Assembly (NCBI GenBank): GCA_044225365.1
Contig: JBGAIQ010000068.1
Span: forward strand, 1-28,012
Reading direction: 5' to 3'
From: Planctomycetota bacterium
Lineage (GTDB): Bacteria; Planctomycetota; B15-G4; JADJEK01
DNA length: 28,012 nt
Part shown: piece after piece, positions 17,047-27,872 of the stretch
How positions within the stretch are numbered: position 1 is the stretch's first letter
How the letters are laid out: each line of letters begins with the position of its first letter
Position numbers and translations under genes: made by a program
The notes under the pieces: model-generated
The model's database searches: none
What the model was told of the DNA's origin: nothing
The model's input: the letters and a program-made list of their open reading frames with translations, nothing else

Positions 17047-18375
17047 CTACGCCACGGGCCGGGCCGACGCCGCGGCTGCCATCGCTTGCTGCTTCCTGCC
17101 GAGGAAGATCGCGACGACGAGCCATACGACGGCGAAAGGAACGGCGGAGGCGAGCACGGCGGCAGACCCCATCGCGAGGGACGACGCGAGTTCTTTGAAC
17201 GCGCTGCCCGTTGCATCGCCGATGCGGTACACAAACGTGTCGATGAACACCTTCGCCTGATATTTCTCCTCGCGACTCACGACCGTGTAGAGCACTTCTC
17301 GCGACGGCTTCGTCACGACGTACTCCACGACCTTGCGCGTCGCCTCGAACACCGCGATCCAGACGAGCGAGGGATGGATCGCGACGCCAAGGAAACCGAG
17401 GATCGTGACGACGGGCACGAACGCGAGCCCGCCCGTGACGCCGAGGAATCGCAATACCGCGGACGTCGCGAGCAACTGCCCGACGAGCGTGAGGCCCTGC
17501 GTCCATCCGTCGAGCGTGGCGGAGAACTTGGCGATCGCGTCGCGATCCTTGCCGAGTTCGCTGCTCATCATGAAGCTCTTCTCGAGACTGATCGCCGTCG
17601 ACGTGAACGTGTAGAGCACGAGGAAGAGGCAAATCATCAGCAGGTACTTCGAAGCGAAGCAACGGCGCATGCCCTCGAGCGCCGATGCCTTCGTCCCTCG
17701 ATTCTCGCGCACGACATGCAGACTCGCGCCGAAGGGCGAGGCCGCGATCGCCATCGCGAGCAGTCCTCCGAGGATGAAGAGCAGCGCCGAGATTCCGAGG
17801 TACGCGATCACCTTCGCGTCGCCCGTCAGCCACGCCACCCGGTCCTTCAACGACGAGACGAAGCTCACGATCTGCGCACCAGCGAGTCCGCCGAGCGTGC
17901 CGCCCGCGAACATGAGGCCGTACCACTTCTTGGCCCGTTCGCTCGCGAACAACTGAGCCATCGTGCCCCAGAACACCGAGATCGCGAACAGACTGAACAA
18001 CGAAACCCAGATGTAGAAGGCGCGCGCGAGCCAGGTCTCCGCGGACTTGTCGACCGTCTTCACCGCGACGGCGAACCCGAGAAGTACGAGCACGACGACG
18101 CCGACCACGAGCTTCAAAACCCGCAGCGCGGAGTTCTTTCCGGCGACCGCGGAGAACAACATGTTCGCAGGGAGTACGACGAGCGCGGAGATCGCGAACA
18201 GCGCGGGCAGATTCTCGACGCCCTGCACGATCCCGTACACGTCGCGCAGCGGACGCTGGACGAAGTAACTCGCGAACCAGCAGAACAGCCAGAGCGAGGC
18301 AAGGATCGCCGCGCGCTTCTCGGAAGGCTCTTCTCGGGGAGTCGCGTTCGCTTCACTGTTGGTAGGTTCAGGCAT
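17047..18375 (-). CDS. NTT/AAA-family (ATP:ADP antiporter-like) MFS-fold transporter
   Basis: Many TM helices; motifs YFVQRPLRD, FYIWVSLF...SVFW and KPSREVLYTVV.REEKY.AK.FIDTFVYRIGD. Confidence 0.85.
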   Translation of the reverse strand: MPEPTNSEANATPREEPSEKRAAILASLWLFCWFASYFVQRPLRDVYGIVQGVENLPALFAISALVVLPANMLFSAVAGKNSALRVLKLVVGVVVLVLLGFAVAVKTVDKSAETWLARAFYIWVSLFSLFAISVFWGTMAQLFASERAKKWYGLMFAGGTLGGLAGAQIVSFVSSLKDRVAWLTGDAKVIAYLGISALLFILGGLLAMAIAASPFGASLHVVRENRGTKASALEGMRRCFASKYLLMICLFLVLYTFTSTAISLEKSFMMSSELGKDRDAIAKFSATLDGWTQGLTLVGQLLATSAVLRFLGVTGGLAFVPVVTILGFLGVAIHPSLVWIAVFEATRKVVEYVVTKPSREVLYTVVSREEKYQAKVFIDTFVYRIGDATGSAFKELASSLAMGSAAVLASAVPFAVVWLVVAIFLGRKQQAMAAAASARPVA

Positions 18376-18453
18376 CTCGGTCCGATCGAAGTCGGGGAAG
18401 TTCGTTCGAGTTACGGGGGAATTCGGTGCGGGTTGGGGATTCTCGCACTCGCG

Positions 18454-19865
<1,412 letters not shown>

Positions 19866-19869
<4 letters not shown>

Positions 19870-20201
19870 CTCTTGCCACGATCATGGCAGAGCGACCTGT
19901 GGACGGAAAGGACGACTTCGAAAGCCGTGCGGAGTTCGTCGTCGGAGCTCGTTCCCCGAAGGAGCGACTCGAGTCGCCCGGCTGCGTTGCTGATCTCGGG
20001 GAATCCGTAGGCCCCACCTGAGCCCTTCCAGTTGTGCGCGTGGCGCAACACCTCCGCGCGTGTGGCAGCCGAGATCGATTCGCGTTCCGCGTGACCAGAC
20101 GCCCCGATCGCATCCCGCAGCCTCGAGAGCTCTTCATCGAGGTCGGCCAAGTAGCTGTGCTGCAAGGCGCGGAACCTCTCATCCCGTGTTCCATCGATCA
20201 T
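19866..20201 (-). CDS. Hpt (histidine phosphotransfer) domain protein
   Basis: 111-aa helical ORF with AHNWKGSGGAYGF...A..LE; its stop overlaps the response-regulator start (ATGA, 19866-19869). Confidence 0.9.
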
Positions 20202-20249
20202 CGGTCCCCCTTCCCCGGTCGTTCCCTCTTGGAAGCGGCTCGGCTCATT

Positions 20250-22718
20250 CTACCCATCCATTCCCGCGCGCGCGTACCCGTCCGGTCCAAAGGTGCCCTT
20301 CATCGCCAACACTCGCATCACTTCTTCGCGAAGGACTTCGGAACGCACGGGCTTGGGAAGGAAGCTCGTCACTCCGTGGAGCTCGAGACTTTGCGGTCGA
20401 TCCTGACCCGATATCACGATCACACTGGGCGGCGAACCCGAACCGTTCGCTCGCACCGACGCAATGACCTCGAGCCCGTTGAAGTCGGGCAGTTCGAGAT
20501 CGACGAGCATCACCTCGGGGTGGTGCTCGTTGGCGATGCGGACGCCTTGCTCGCCCGTCTCGGCGCAGATCACGTCGATTCCACATCGCTCGAGCGATGC
20601 CGCGATGATTCGATGTGCGAGACGATCGTCGTCGATCGCGAGGACGAGTGGTCGCTCCCGAGGCGTGGGTGCGGGCGCTGGCAAGGGCTCGGGGATCGGC
20701 GCTCCGCGACGACGCGGCAGCAGGACGCGAAAGGTCGATCCCGAGCCGCGCTTGCTCTCGACCTCGATTCGACCACCATGCTGTTCGATCGCGAGCTTCA
20801 CGATCGCGAGTCCGAGTCCCGTGCCGCGAATCGCTCGCGTCTCCGCGTTCTCGGCGCGGAAGAACCGCTCGAAGATCCGGATCTTGTCGACGGGGTCGAT
20901 TCCAATCCCGGTATCCGTGATCGTGACCTCGACGCAGTTCTCGTCGAGCACCCGCGCGGTCGCCGTCACCTCTCCTTCGAGCGTGTACTTCACTGCGTTC
21001 GATACGAGATTCGAGAACAGGTGACGAAGGCGCTTCTCGTCGCCTTCGATGATGATCTCCGCCGGAACATCGAGCATGAGGCCAAGCGATTTCTGCTCCG
21101 CGGTCGCACGCTCGAGTTCGATCACGCCGCGGAGGAGCTCGGCGAGATCGACTCTGCCGAACACCGGACGCTCTTCCTCGAATTCGCCGACGGCGAGCAG
21201 GTCGGATACGAGCGCCGCGAGACGATTCACGTTCTCCGAGACGATGCGGAGAGTGTGTTTCTGTTTGTCCGACAACGGGCCGATGCGCTCGTTGCGCATG
21301 AGCTCGACGAAACCAGAGATCGATGTGAGCGGCGTCCGCAGTTCGTGGGACACATTGCCGAGGAACGCATCCTTGGCGCGGCGGGCTCGCTCTTCCTGCG
21401 TGACGTCGCGAACCACGCACAGCCGCCCGATCCAACGACCGTCCGCCCCATGCACCGGGACGGCGGAGATCAATACGATCTTCGCGAACGGAATCGGCAA
21501 CGTCGCTCGGAACGGGAGCAAGGACTGCCGCAGGTCATCGCCTTCTCCGCCGAAGAGCCGCGCGAACGTCTTCGCGCTCTCGGGCGACCACTCACCGATC
21601 CGCGCTTCGAGATCGGCTCCACTCATTCCAGGGAACAAGTCCACGTCGATCCCGAGGATCTCCCGGAGCGAACGATTCGCGTAGGCGATTCGTCCGTCGG
21701 GGCCGATGAGGATCAACCCGTCGCGACTCGCGGAGAGGAGAGCGTTCAGCGAGTCCGTTCGTTCCGCGAGGCTCTCGATCGCGCGACGCCGCTCGGTGAC
21801 ATCGTCGAGATGCAGTGCGAACACGCGACCAGATCCTCGCAGCGTCCGAGTGACGCGGACGTGGCAGATGGTCGTGATGGACTTTCCGTCGTCGCGTCGG
21901 AGCTCCGATTCGAAGGACATCGTCTCGCGACCCTCGGCGATCATCGCGGAAAGCGCAGCGGGCAAGTCGTCGGCCTCTTCGACGCACAATCCTCCGACAC
22001 TCCGACCCACGAGCGCCGCGGGCGTCGAGCGGAGAAGATCGCAGAGTGCGCGGTTCACGCGACGGATCGATCCGCTCTCGTCGCAGAGCAAGATGCCGAC
22101 AGGGGCATGCTCGAACGCCGATTCGAGTTCGCTCTCGAGTGCTCTGCGCCGATCGATCTGCGCGAGTTGAAAGAAGAGCAGCACAACGACGATCACCGCG
22201 AGGAAGCACGACGCGACCACGAGCGCCGTCAGGATTCGCCACAGATCGTTCAAATGCGCGGTCGAGTTGCCGAACGAGTATTGCAGCGAGTTGCGTGCGC
22301 GGGCGATCGAATGCGAGATCGAGATGAGCCGATCGAGACGTTCCTCCCGCGAGATCGAGCGACTTCCGGTACCCGTACGAAGTTCGCGCATTGCCATGAC
22401 ACCGGTGCGCGCATCTTCGATCAGCCCTCGCGCCTCGCTTGGAAGATCCGCGGATTGGGCGAATCGATTCAACTCTCTGAGCAGTTGCTCGTCGGCATCC
22501 GGGCTCGTCGAGTCGCGCAGACCGAAGGCGTGCGACTCGATCGCGCGCAGCGTGTTCGCGCTCTCGAAGTTCATCGTCAGCAGCTTGGATTCGTCCTCGA
22601 TGCCGCAGAGCAAATGGACGGATGCTGCGATGAATCCGATCGCCGCGAGCACGACGAACGCGAGGAGGCCGTATCGCCGGTGAGGCGAGTCGAGCCAACT
22701 GCCCACGACTCGCGTCAT
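20250..22718 (-). CDS. Hybrid sensor histidine kinase (2 TM, extracytoplasmic domain, 2 PAS, HisKA, HATPase, REC)
   Basis: PAS segments FEHAPVGI...VN and ASRDGLILI...YAN; H-box VSHELRTPL; NLVSNAVKY, DTGIGI, FERFFR and GTGLGL; REC IDDD/VDLELPD/PKP. The start overlaps the HAD gene stop (ATGA). Confidence 0.93.
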   Translation of the reverse strand: MTRVVGSWLDSPHRRYGLLAFVVLAAIGFIAASVHLLCGIEDESKLLTMNFESANTLRAIESHAFGLRDSTSPDADEQLLRELNRFAQSADLPSEARGLIEDARTGVMAMRELRTGTGSRSISREERLDRLISISHSIARARNSLQYSFGNSTAHLNDLWRILTALVVASCFLAVIVVVLLFFQLAQIDRRRALESELESAFEHAPVGILLCDESGSIRRVNRALCDLLRSTPAALVGRSVGGLCVEEADDLPAALSAMIAEGRETMSFESELRRDDGKSITTICHVRVTRTLRGSGRVFALHLDDVTERRRAIESLAERTDSLNALLSASRDGLILIGPDGRIAYANRSLREILGIDVDLFPGMSGADLEARIGEWSPESAKTFARLFGGEGDDLRQSLLPFRATLPIPFAKIVLISAVPVHGADGRWIGRLCVVRDVTQEERARRAKDAFLGNVSHELRTPLTSISGFVELMRNERIGPLSDKQKHTLRIVSENVNRLAALVSDLLAVGEFEEERPVFGRVDLAELLRGVIELERATAEQKSLGLMLDVPAEIIIEGDEKRLRHLFSNLVSNAVKYTLEGEVTATARVLDENCVEVTITDTGIGIDPVDKIRIFERFFRAENAETRAIRGTGLGLAIVKLAIEQHGGRIEVESKRGSGSTFRVLLPRRRGAPIPEPLPAPAPTPRERPLVLAIDDDRLAHRIIAASLERCGIDVICAETGEQGVRIANEHHPEVMLVDLELPDFNGLEVIASVRANGSGSPPSVIVISGQDRPQSLELHGVTSFLPKPVRSEVLREEVMRVLAMKGTFGPDGYARAGMDG

Positions 22719-23368
22719 TCCTGACGACACAAACGCGTGATCTCGCGGGGATGCGTGACGACGTGCTTCGGCGAATGTGCGCGCAACTCGTCCTCGGAGC
22801 GAAAGCCCCACGTCACCGCCGCGATGTCGAGTCCCGCGGCGACCGCAGTCTGCATGTCGATCGGGGTGTCTCCGACGTAGAGGACCTTCTCCCGCGGCAC
22901 TCCGAGCTTCGTCACGATGTAGTTCGCGCTCGTCGGATCCGGCTTGCGGGGAAAGTCCTCGCGATGGCCGAGCACCTGGTCGAACAGGCCCTCGATCCTC
23001 AGTCCCTCCACCGTCGCAAGTGTGAGGTCGTGCGGCTTGTTCGACAGAACGGCAAGTCGCGATCCATCCTGCGAGAGTGCATCGAGCATCTCGTCGATTC
23101 CCGGATAGAGGCGACAATGCAGCATCGGGTTCCTGGCGTAGAACGCGCGAGTCTCGGCGATGAGTCGATCCGCGAGATCGGACCGGTCGGGCGGTAGCGC
23201 GTTCCGACAGAGCATCTGCACACCCTCGCCGACGATTCGGGATACGTGAGCGAGTTCGAGGGGCGCCTGCCCCACCTGGACGAGGCCGTGATTCAGCGCG
23301 GCGCCGATCGTCTCGAGCGTATCGGCGAGGGTCCCATCGAGATCGAAGATCACGGCATCGTATCGCAT
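22715..23368 (-). CDS. HAD-family hydrolase, phosphoglycolate phosphatase (Gph)-like
   Basis: Motif I FDLDGTL, motif II VLSNK, motif III KPDP, motif IV YVGDTPID, and VTWG. Confidence 0.9.
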   Translation of the reverse strand: MRYDAVIFDLDGTLADTLETIGAALNHGLVQVGQAPLELAHVSRIVGEGVQMLCRNALPPDRSDLADRLIAETRAFYARNPMLHCRLYPGIDEMLDALSQDGSRLAVLSNKPHDLTLATVEGLRIEGLFDQVLGHREDFPRKPDPTSANYIVTKLGVPREKVLYVGDTPIDMQTAVAAGLDIAAVTWGFRSEDELRAHSPKHVVTHPREITRLCRQE

Positions 23369-23374
23369 CCCCCG

Positions 23375-23404
23375 ATCGTATCCGACCCGTCGCCGAGGGC
23401 TCAA
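23375..23404 (-). promoter_or_regulatory. Putative sigma70 promoter for a leaderless transcript of the HAD/phosphorelay genes
   Basis: The minus strand reads TTGAGC-N18-TACGAT-N6-ATG (start 23368), with no obvious SD sequence. Confidence 0.5.
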
Positions 23405-23526
23405 CTTCGGAAGGAAAGATCGCCGATGCAAGGCGGATCGAGCATCGTTCGTGCGTCCCATCGCCCTCGCGGGGTACGCCACGGTGTCGGCGCGACACCG
23501 CAACACCTGGGAGCCCTGTACACCCC

Positions 23527-24657
23527 ATGACGCAGCGCAGGCGACAAACCCTGGCGATCGTCCTTGCGTGCGCGTCGATGGCGCTCGCCATCCTGCCCGC
23601 CGCGATTCCGTCGATACGCGGATCGGATGGATCCACGCGAGGCGGTGCCTGGCCGCTGGCGTATCTGCTCGCCTCGATCGCAGCCGCGGGAGCCGCGGGA
23701 ATCGTCTTGTTCGAAGCGACGAAGGCCGCGCGACCGCGCTCGCTCGGCGAACGCGAGACCAAGCGGTCCGGGATCGATTTCGCCATTCGCGGCAGCGAGA
23801 TGTTGCGCGAAGCAGGATTGAAGCAGCAGATCGAATCGAGCTTCCGCAAGCTGCTCGACGAGTACGCGAGCGCGATCGAGTCGGGCCGTACCGATGAGGA
23901 CGAACTCGCAGTCCAATTGCGACGAACGAACGCCGAGCTGCGGTTCTCGAACCATCGGCTCCGCGAGCAGGATCGCATGCGCGACGAGTACGTCGCCCTG
24001 TTGTCCCACGAATTGAGGACACCCCTCGCAGCGATCCGCTCCTACGTCGAGATCCTCTGCAACTACGATTCCTCGCTCGACGTCGCGAAGCGACGCGAGT
24101 GCCTCGACGTGCTGCACGGTGAAGTCACGCGCTGTTCACGGCTCGTGAACGACCTGCTCGACATGGCTCAGCTCCAGCGCGGCGGAGTGGAATTCCAGTC
24201 CACCGCGATCGACTGCGCGGGACTCGCGTCGCAGGTCGTCACCTCGCTGCGACCACTCGCGAATTCGCGCAGCCAATCGGTCGAACTCGTCGAGAAACCG
24301 GGGCTACGCCGCGCCCTCGCGGATGGCGACCGCGTGGTTCAGATCCTCACGAACCTTCTCGGCAATGCGATCAAGTTCACTCCCGTGGGCGGACGGATCG
24401 AGATCCAAGTCGTGCCGTTCGGCGACACTCGCGTAGAGATCGGAGTTGCCGACAGCGGTGAAGGAATTCCGCCCGAAGAGCGCGAGGAGGTTTTCCGCGC
24501 GTTCTATCGCGGAGCCGGCGCCGCGGAGTCCGAAGGCTGCGGCCTTGGGCTCTATCTCAGCCGCGAGCTCGCCGTGCGCATGAACGCGGAGCTCTTCGTC
24601 GAAGACTCTTCGCTCGGTGGCGTCCGGTTCGTGCTGCGACTGCCCGCCGCTCCGTGA
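23527..24657 (+). CDS. Membrane-bound sensor histidine kinase (HisKA plus HATPase)
   Basis: Two N-terminal TM helices with a short loop, a coiled coil, LSHELRTPL, NLLGNAIKF, DSGEGI, FRAFYR and GCGLGL. Confidence 0.92.
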   Translation: MTQRRRQTLAIVLACASMALAILPAAIPSIRGSDGSTRGGAWPLAYLLASIAAAGAAGIVLFEATKAARPRSLGERETKRSGIDFAIRGSEMLREAGLKQQIESSFRKLLDEYASAIESGRTDEDELAVQLRRTNAELRFSNHRLREQDRMRDEYVALLSHELRTPLAAIRSYVEILCNYDSSLDVAKRRECLDVLHGEVTRCSRLVNDLLDMAQLQRGGVEFQSTAIDCAGLASQVVTSLRPLANSRSQSVELVEKPGLRRALADGDRVVQILTNLLGNAIKFTPVGGRIEIQVVPFGDTRVEIGVADSGEGIPPEEREEVFRAFYRGAGAAESEGCGLGLYLSRELAVRMNAELFVEDSSLGGVRFVLRLPAAP

Positions 24658-24663
24658 CCGCGG

Positions 24664-26382
24664 CTACGGCGCCTCCATTCGAGGCCAATGCGCGAGGATC
24701 CTCCGCATCAACTCCGCACCGTAGGACGCGCGCGCATCGTCCGGCCACGCCTCTGCGAGAGCGTCGCTCATCAAGACGATCATCTTCTTGCGGGCACGCG
24801 TCAGCGACACGTTGAGGCGATTCGGCGAGAAGAAGAAATCGGCGTCGCGGTGCATCGCCTCGGGATCGCTCGCGGTCAGCGACAGGATGATGAGATCGCG
24901 CTCGCCTCCCTGCAGCCGCTCGACCGTATCGACCAGCGGGCGGCGATCGTGTTCGAGTTGCGGGAGCTTCGAGCGGAGCAGCGAGCGAATGCGGTTGCCT
25001 TGCGCTCGATGCGGCGCAATGACCGCGATCTCCTCCGGAGGCAATCCTCCAGCGATGGCGCGAACGACGAGTTCGACCGCGATTTCGGCTTCGGACGGAG
25101 CGAGCACCCGCGCGCCGCGATGACGAAGTGGGATCACGAGAGCCGCGGGTTCCGGCGCGAGCCAAGGGCCGACTTCGCCACGCAGGATCAAGAAGCGATC
25201 CCGCGCAGAACTCGCGCTCTCGAGTTTGCCGCCGTAGAACGCCTGGCTCGCAAAGGCGCATATCTCCGCGTTCATCCGGTACGTCGTCGACAGGAGATGC
25301 GATCCGTACAGCTCGTGAAGGTGCTGGAACAACGAAGTTCGCGCGAGCGGATCGCGGTGCGAACCGACGACCAGCGGCGGCAGTTGTTGATGATCACCGA
25401 CGAGCACGTGACGCTTCGCGAGAGCGAGCGCCGTTGCTCCGTGCGGCAACGACACCTGGCCGGCTTCGTCCACGAGAACCAGGTCGAAGCGCCTCGAGAG
25501 CAGCCCCGCCGCGGAGTGGGTGGTCACGCCGACGACCGCGCCGCGATCGCTTCCCAATTGCGGCAATTGGCGCGCGCTCGCGACCATCGTGATACCGTCG
25601 ATCCCCGCGAAGTCTCGCGGCATGCCGCGCTCGATCTTGTAGATGGGCGCGTCGATCGATCCGTCGCGCGCGAGACTCGCGAGCACGTTGTTCACGGCGC
25701 GATGCGTGAACGCCGTCACGCACACTGTCTTGCCGTGACGCAAGAAGGCGCGGACGATGGCCGTCGCGAGGCGAGTCTTCCCGGCGCCCGGTGGCCCCTG
25801 CACGAGTTCGAAGGTGCGCGACGTGGCGTCGACGAATGCACGTTGCTGTTCGGGATCGAGGCCCTCGCGCACCGCGTCGTCGAGCGTGCCCACGATCTCC
25901 GCAGGAGATTTCGTCGCCTGGCCGAGCAGCAGCGACCGCGCGGCAGCGCATTCGTCGCGTCGCGAGAAGACGTTGCGGATCGCCTCGATCACGCGGTCCG
26001 TCAGATCGAGATCGCGGCGATCGAGGACGATCTCGCCCCCGAGCGCCACCGGATCCGCGACGCGCCCCTCGATCTCGACGACGATCTCGCCGCGAACCGG
26101 GTCGATCTCGCGTAGAACGGCCGCGATCGACGTTGGATGGCGTGGATCCCCCGAGCTCAACCAGAGCAGATCGCTCTCGCGGAAGCGGGAGAGATTCTCA
26201 TCGCAACGCAGCGTCGCCTTCGACCCGACGCGAGAGACGAGGAAGAGCCCGCGTAGAGCCTCACCCTGCGCGACGCGCTCTTCGAGTGCGAGATCATGCA
26301 CGCCCTTCAAGTTCTCGGCGCTCGCCCGCCGCTCGCGTTCGACGATCGCGACGAGACGCGATTGGAACTCCGCTTCGTTCAC
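24664..26382 (-). CDS. Superfamily 1 Dna2/NAM7/UPF1-like helicase
   Basis: QGPPGAGKT, AFTHRAVNN, VDEAGQ, VGDHQQLPP, YRM, IAPHRAQ, TVERLQGGERD and RLNVSLTRARKK. The GTG start at 26382 has GGAGG upstream and a GTGA overlap with the nuclease stop. Confidence 0.92.
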   Translation of the reverse strand: MNEAEFQSRLVAIVERERRASAENLKGVHDLALEERVAQGEALRGLFLVSRVGSKATLRCDENLSRFRESDLLWLSSGDPRHPTSIAAVLREIDPVRGEIVVEIEGRVADPVALGGEIVLDRRDLDLTDRVIEAIRNVFSRRDECAAARSLLLGQATKSPAEIVGTLDDAVREGLDPEQQRAFVDATSRTFELVQGPPGAGKTRLATAIVRAFLRHGKTVCVTAFTHRAVNNVLASLARDGSIDAPIYKIERGMPRDFAGIDGITMVASARQLPQLGSDRGAVVGVTTHSAAGLLSRRFDLVLVDEAGQVSLPHGATALALAKRHVLVGDHQQLPPLVVGSHRDPLARTSLFQHLHELYGSHLLSTTYRMNAEICAFASQAFYGGKLESASSARDRFLILRGEVGPWLAPEPAALVIPLRHRGARVLAPSEAEIAVELVVRAIAGGLPPEEIAVIAPHRAQGNRIRSLLRSKLPQLEHDRRPLVDTVERLQGGERDLIILSLTASDPEAMHRDADFFFSPNRLNVSLTRARKKMIVLMSDALAEAWPDDARASYGAELMRRILAHWPRMEAP

Positions 26383-27737
26383 GGAGCCTCCGTCCCGAGC
26401 ATCGCGCCGCGCAAGCACTCGATCGCGAGGAGTTCGCGCCGCAAGAACGATTCGAGCGCTACCGGATCCGATCCGGGTTCGCCCTCGACGTGCGCCAACG
26501 CGGCGATGTCGACGCCATCGTCTCCCACGTCGAATCCGAAGCCACGCGCCGCCGCCGCGGGCGTCCCATCGAAATTCGGCATCGCAAAGGTCCTGCGCAA
26601 TTCGGTCCGAAGATCGACCGCGCGCGCCTTCAACTGCGATACGTCGTAGCGAATCTTCGATGCCTCCACGGCGGATGAGAGCGCGTAGAAGACACCGTCG
26701 CCGAAGACCGCGATCGGCTTCTCGGACCGACCGAGATTGACCAGGAGTTCCTTCAGGTTCGCACCGTCCGAGTCGGACTGCAGCATGCGCATCTTGAAGC
26801 GCGTCGGCTCACCGAATACGAGGCCCGCGACCGCGACGTGCGGCACTCTCAATCGCTCGGAGTAGATCGCGGCGAGCGCGAACGTTGCTTCGCCGACTTC
26901 GGCCCGAGGAGGGCGCAGTCGCATGGGTCGCCCTTCGATCGCGGCGAGCGCGCGCGCCGAGAGCAATCGCACTTGGTCGACGGAGAGATTGCTGCCCTTG
27001 CCGATCTCCGGCGATGCCTGCGCGAGCGCGGTGGGCGAATCGATCCCGATCTGACGCAGCGCCTCCGCTTGCGCGCGCGTGATGCCGGGAAGGGCCTCGA
27101 GCGCGGCCGCCGCGGCGAGATCGACTTCGCAGATCTCCCGAAAGCGACATTCGAGGCAGTGCTCCCTCCAATGCGCTCCGGGATCGGAATTCGCCGATCG
27201 CCGCATCTCGAGAAGGCGCGTGAGCACTCGCGCGAGCGACGCCTCGAGATCGGCCAGCGCGAACGCCTCGCGTCGACCATCCCGCAGGATCACGTGACCG
27301 TATTCGGGAGGCAGCGCGATCTGGGCGAGCAGCCGCGAGTAGAACGCGACCTGCATTCTCGCGGAGGTCTTCACCTTCATCGTCGACTTGATGTCCGCGA
27401 CCTCGTAGCCGCCCGTGCTCTCGTTGCGCACCAGGAGGTCGGGCCGACCGAGGAATTCGCCGAGCCGCAGGACACCATTGACGATCGCATTGGCACCCTG
27501 CGCCATCAGGTCGAGCGTGGCGTGAAAGCCCTTCTCGAAATCGCCGCGGGGGAAGGCGACGGTCTCATGAGGGATTTGCGCGAGCAACTCCTTCTCGACG
27601 CGCTGGCCGACGTTGAAGTAGACCTGCGATCGCGGGGTCGCGGGCAACTCGTCCTCCCGCGAGCGATGGAACGCGAGATAGGGCAATCGAGCACACGTGA
27701 AGTACTCCTTGACCTTGGTTCCATCGATCGGACGCAT
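26379..27737 (-). CDS. TM0106-family RecB/Cas4-like PD-(D/E)XK nuclease with a putative 4-Cys Fe-S cluster and an HhH motif
   Basis: YFTC..., GRPDLL, VADIKS, QVAFY, CLECRFREIC and HhH LPGITRAQAEALRQIGI; the C-terminal region is RNase H-like at best and appears degenerate. Confidence 0.82.
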   Translation of the reverse strand: MRPIDGTKVKEYFTCARLPYLAFHRSREDELPATPRSQVYFNVGQRVEKELLAQIPHETVAFPRGDFEKGFHATLDLMAQGANAIVNGVLRLGEFLGRPDLLVRNESTGGYEVADIKSTMKVKTSARMQVAFYSRLLAQIALPPEYGHVILRDGRREAFALADLEASLARVLTRLLEMRRSANSDPGAHWREHCLECRFREICEVDLAAAAALEALPGITRAQAEALRQIGIDSPTALAQASPEIGKGSNLSVDQVRLLSARALAAIEGRPMRLRPPRAEVGEATFALAAIYSERLRVPHVAVAGLVFGEPTRFKMRMLQSDSDGANLKELLVNLGRSEKPIAVFGDGVFYALSSAVEASKIRYDVSQLKARAVDLRTELRRTFAMPNFDGTPAAAARGFGFDVGDDGVDIAALAHVEGEPGSDPVALESFLRRELLAIECLRGAMLGTEAP

Positions 27738-27816
27738 ACGGAGATCATGGCGAAGCTCTCCACTCGAGGGAAGAGCACGCTGGAGACCGAGTGGCGGATG
27801 GCGGATGGCGTTCCGC

Positions 27817-27844
27817 GGACCGCCGGGCTCTGCCCGGCATCTTC
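27817..27844 (+). repeat. Single REP-like palindrome
   Basis: GGACC-GCCGGGC-TCT-GCCCGGC-ATCTTC combines the motif A leader and tail with the motif B stem. Confidence 0.7.
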
Positions 27845-27872
27845 GGACTTCGGGAACGTGCTACCGTGAATA

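Noticed and set aside
23482-23500. Hairpin CGGTGTCG-GCG-CGACACCG upstream of the divergent kinase
   Set aside because: It is a single copy with no U-tract and is unrelated to the REP motifs; no function can be supported.
22719-23978. N-terminal extension giving a 1242-aa hybrid kinase
   Set aside because: It overlaps the HAD gene and the divergent kinase; the ATGA coupling supports a start at 22718.
27792-27810. Heptamer tandem repeat (TGGCGGA, about 2.7 copies)
   Set aside because: Too short to distinguish from chance.
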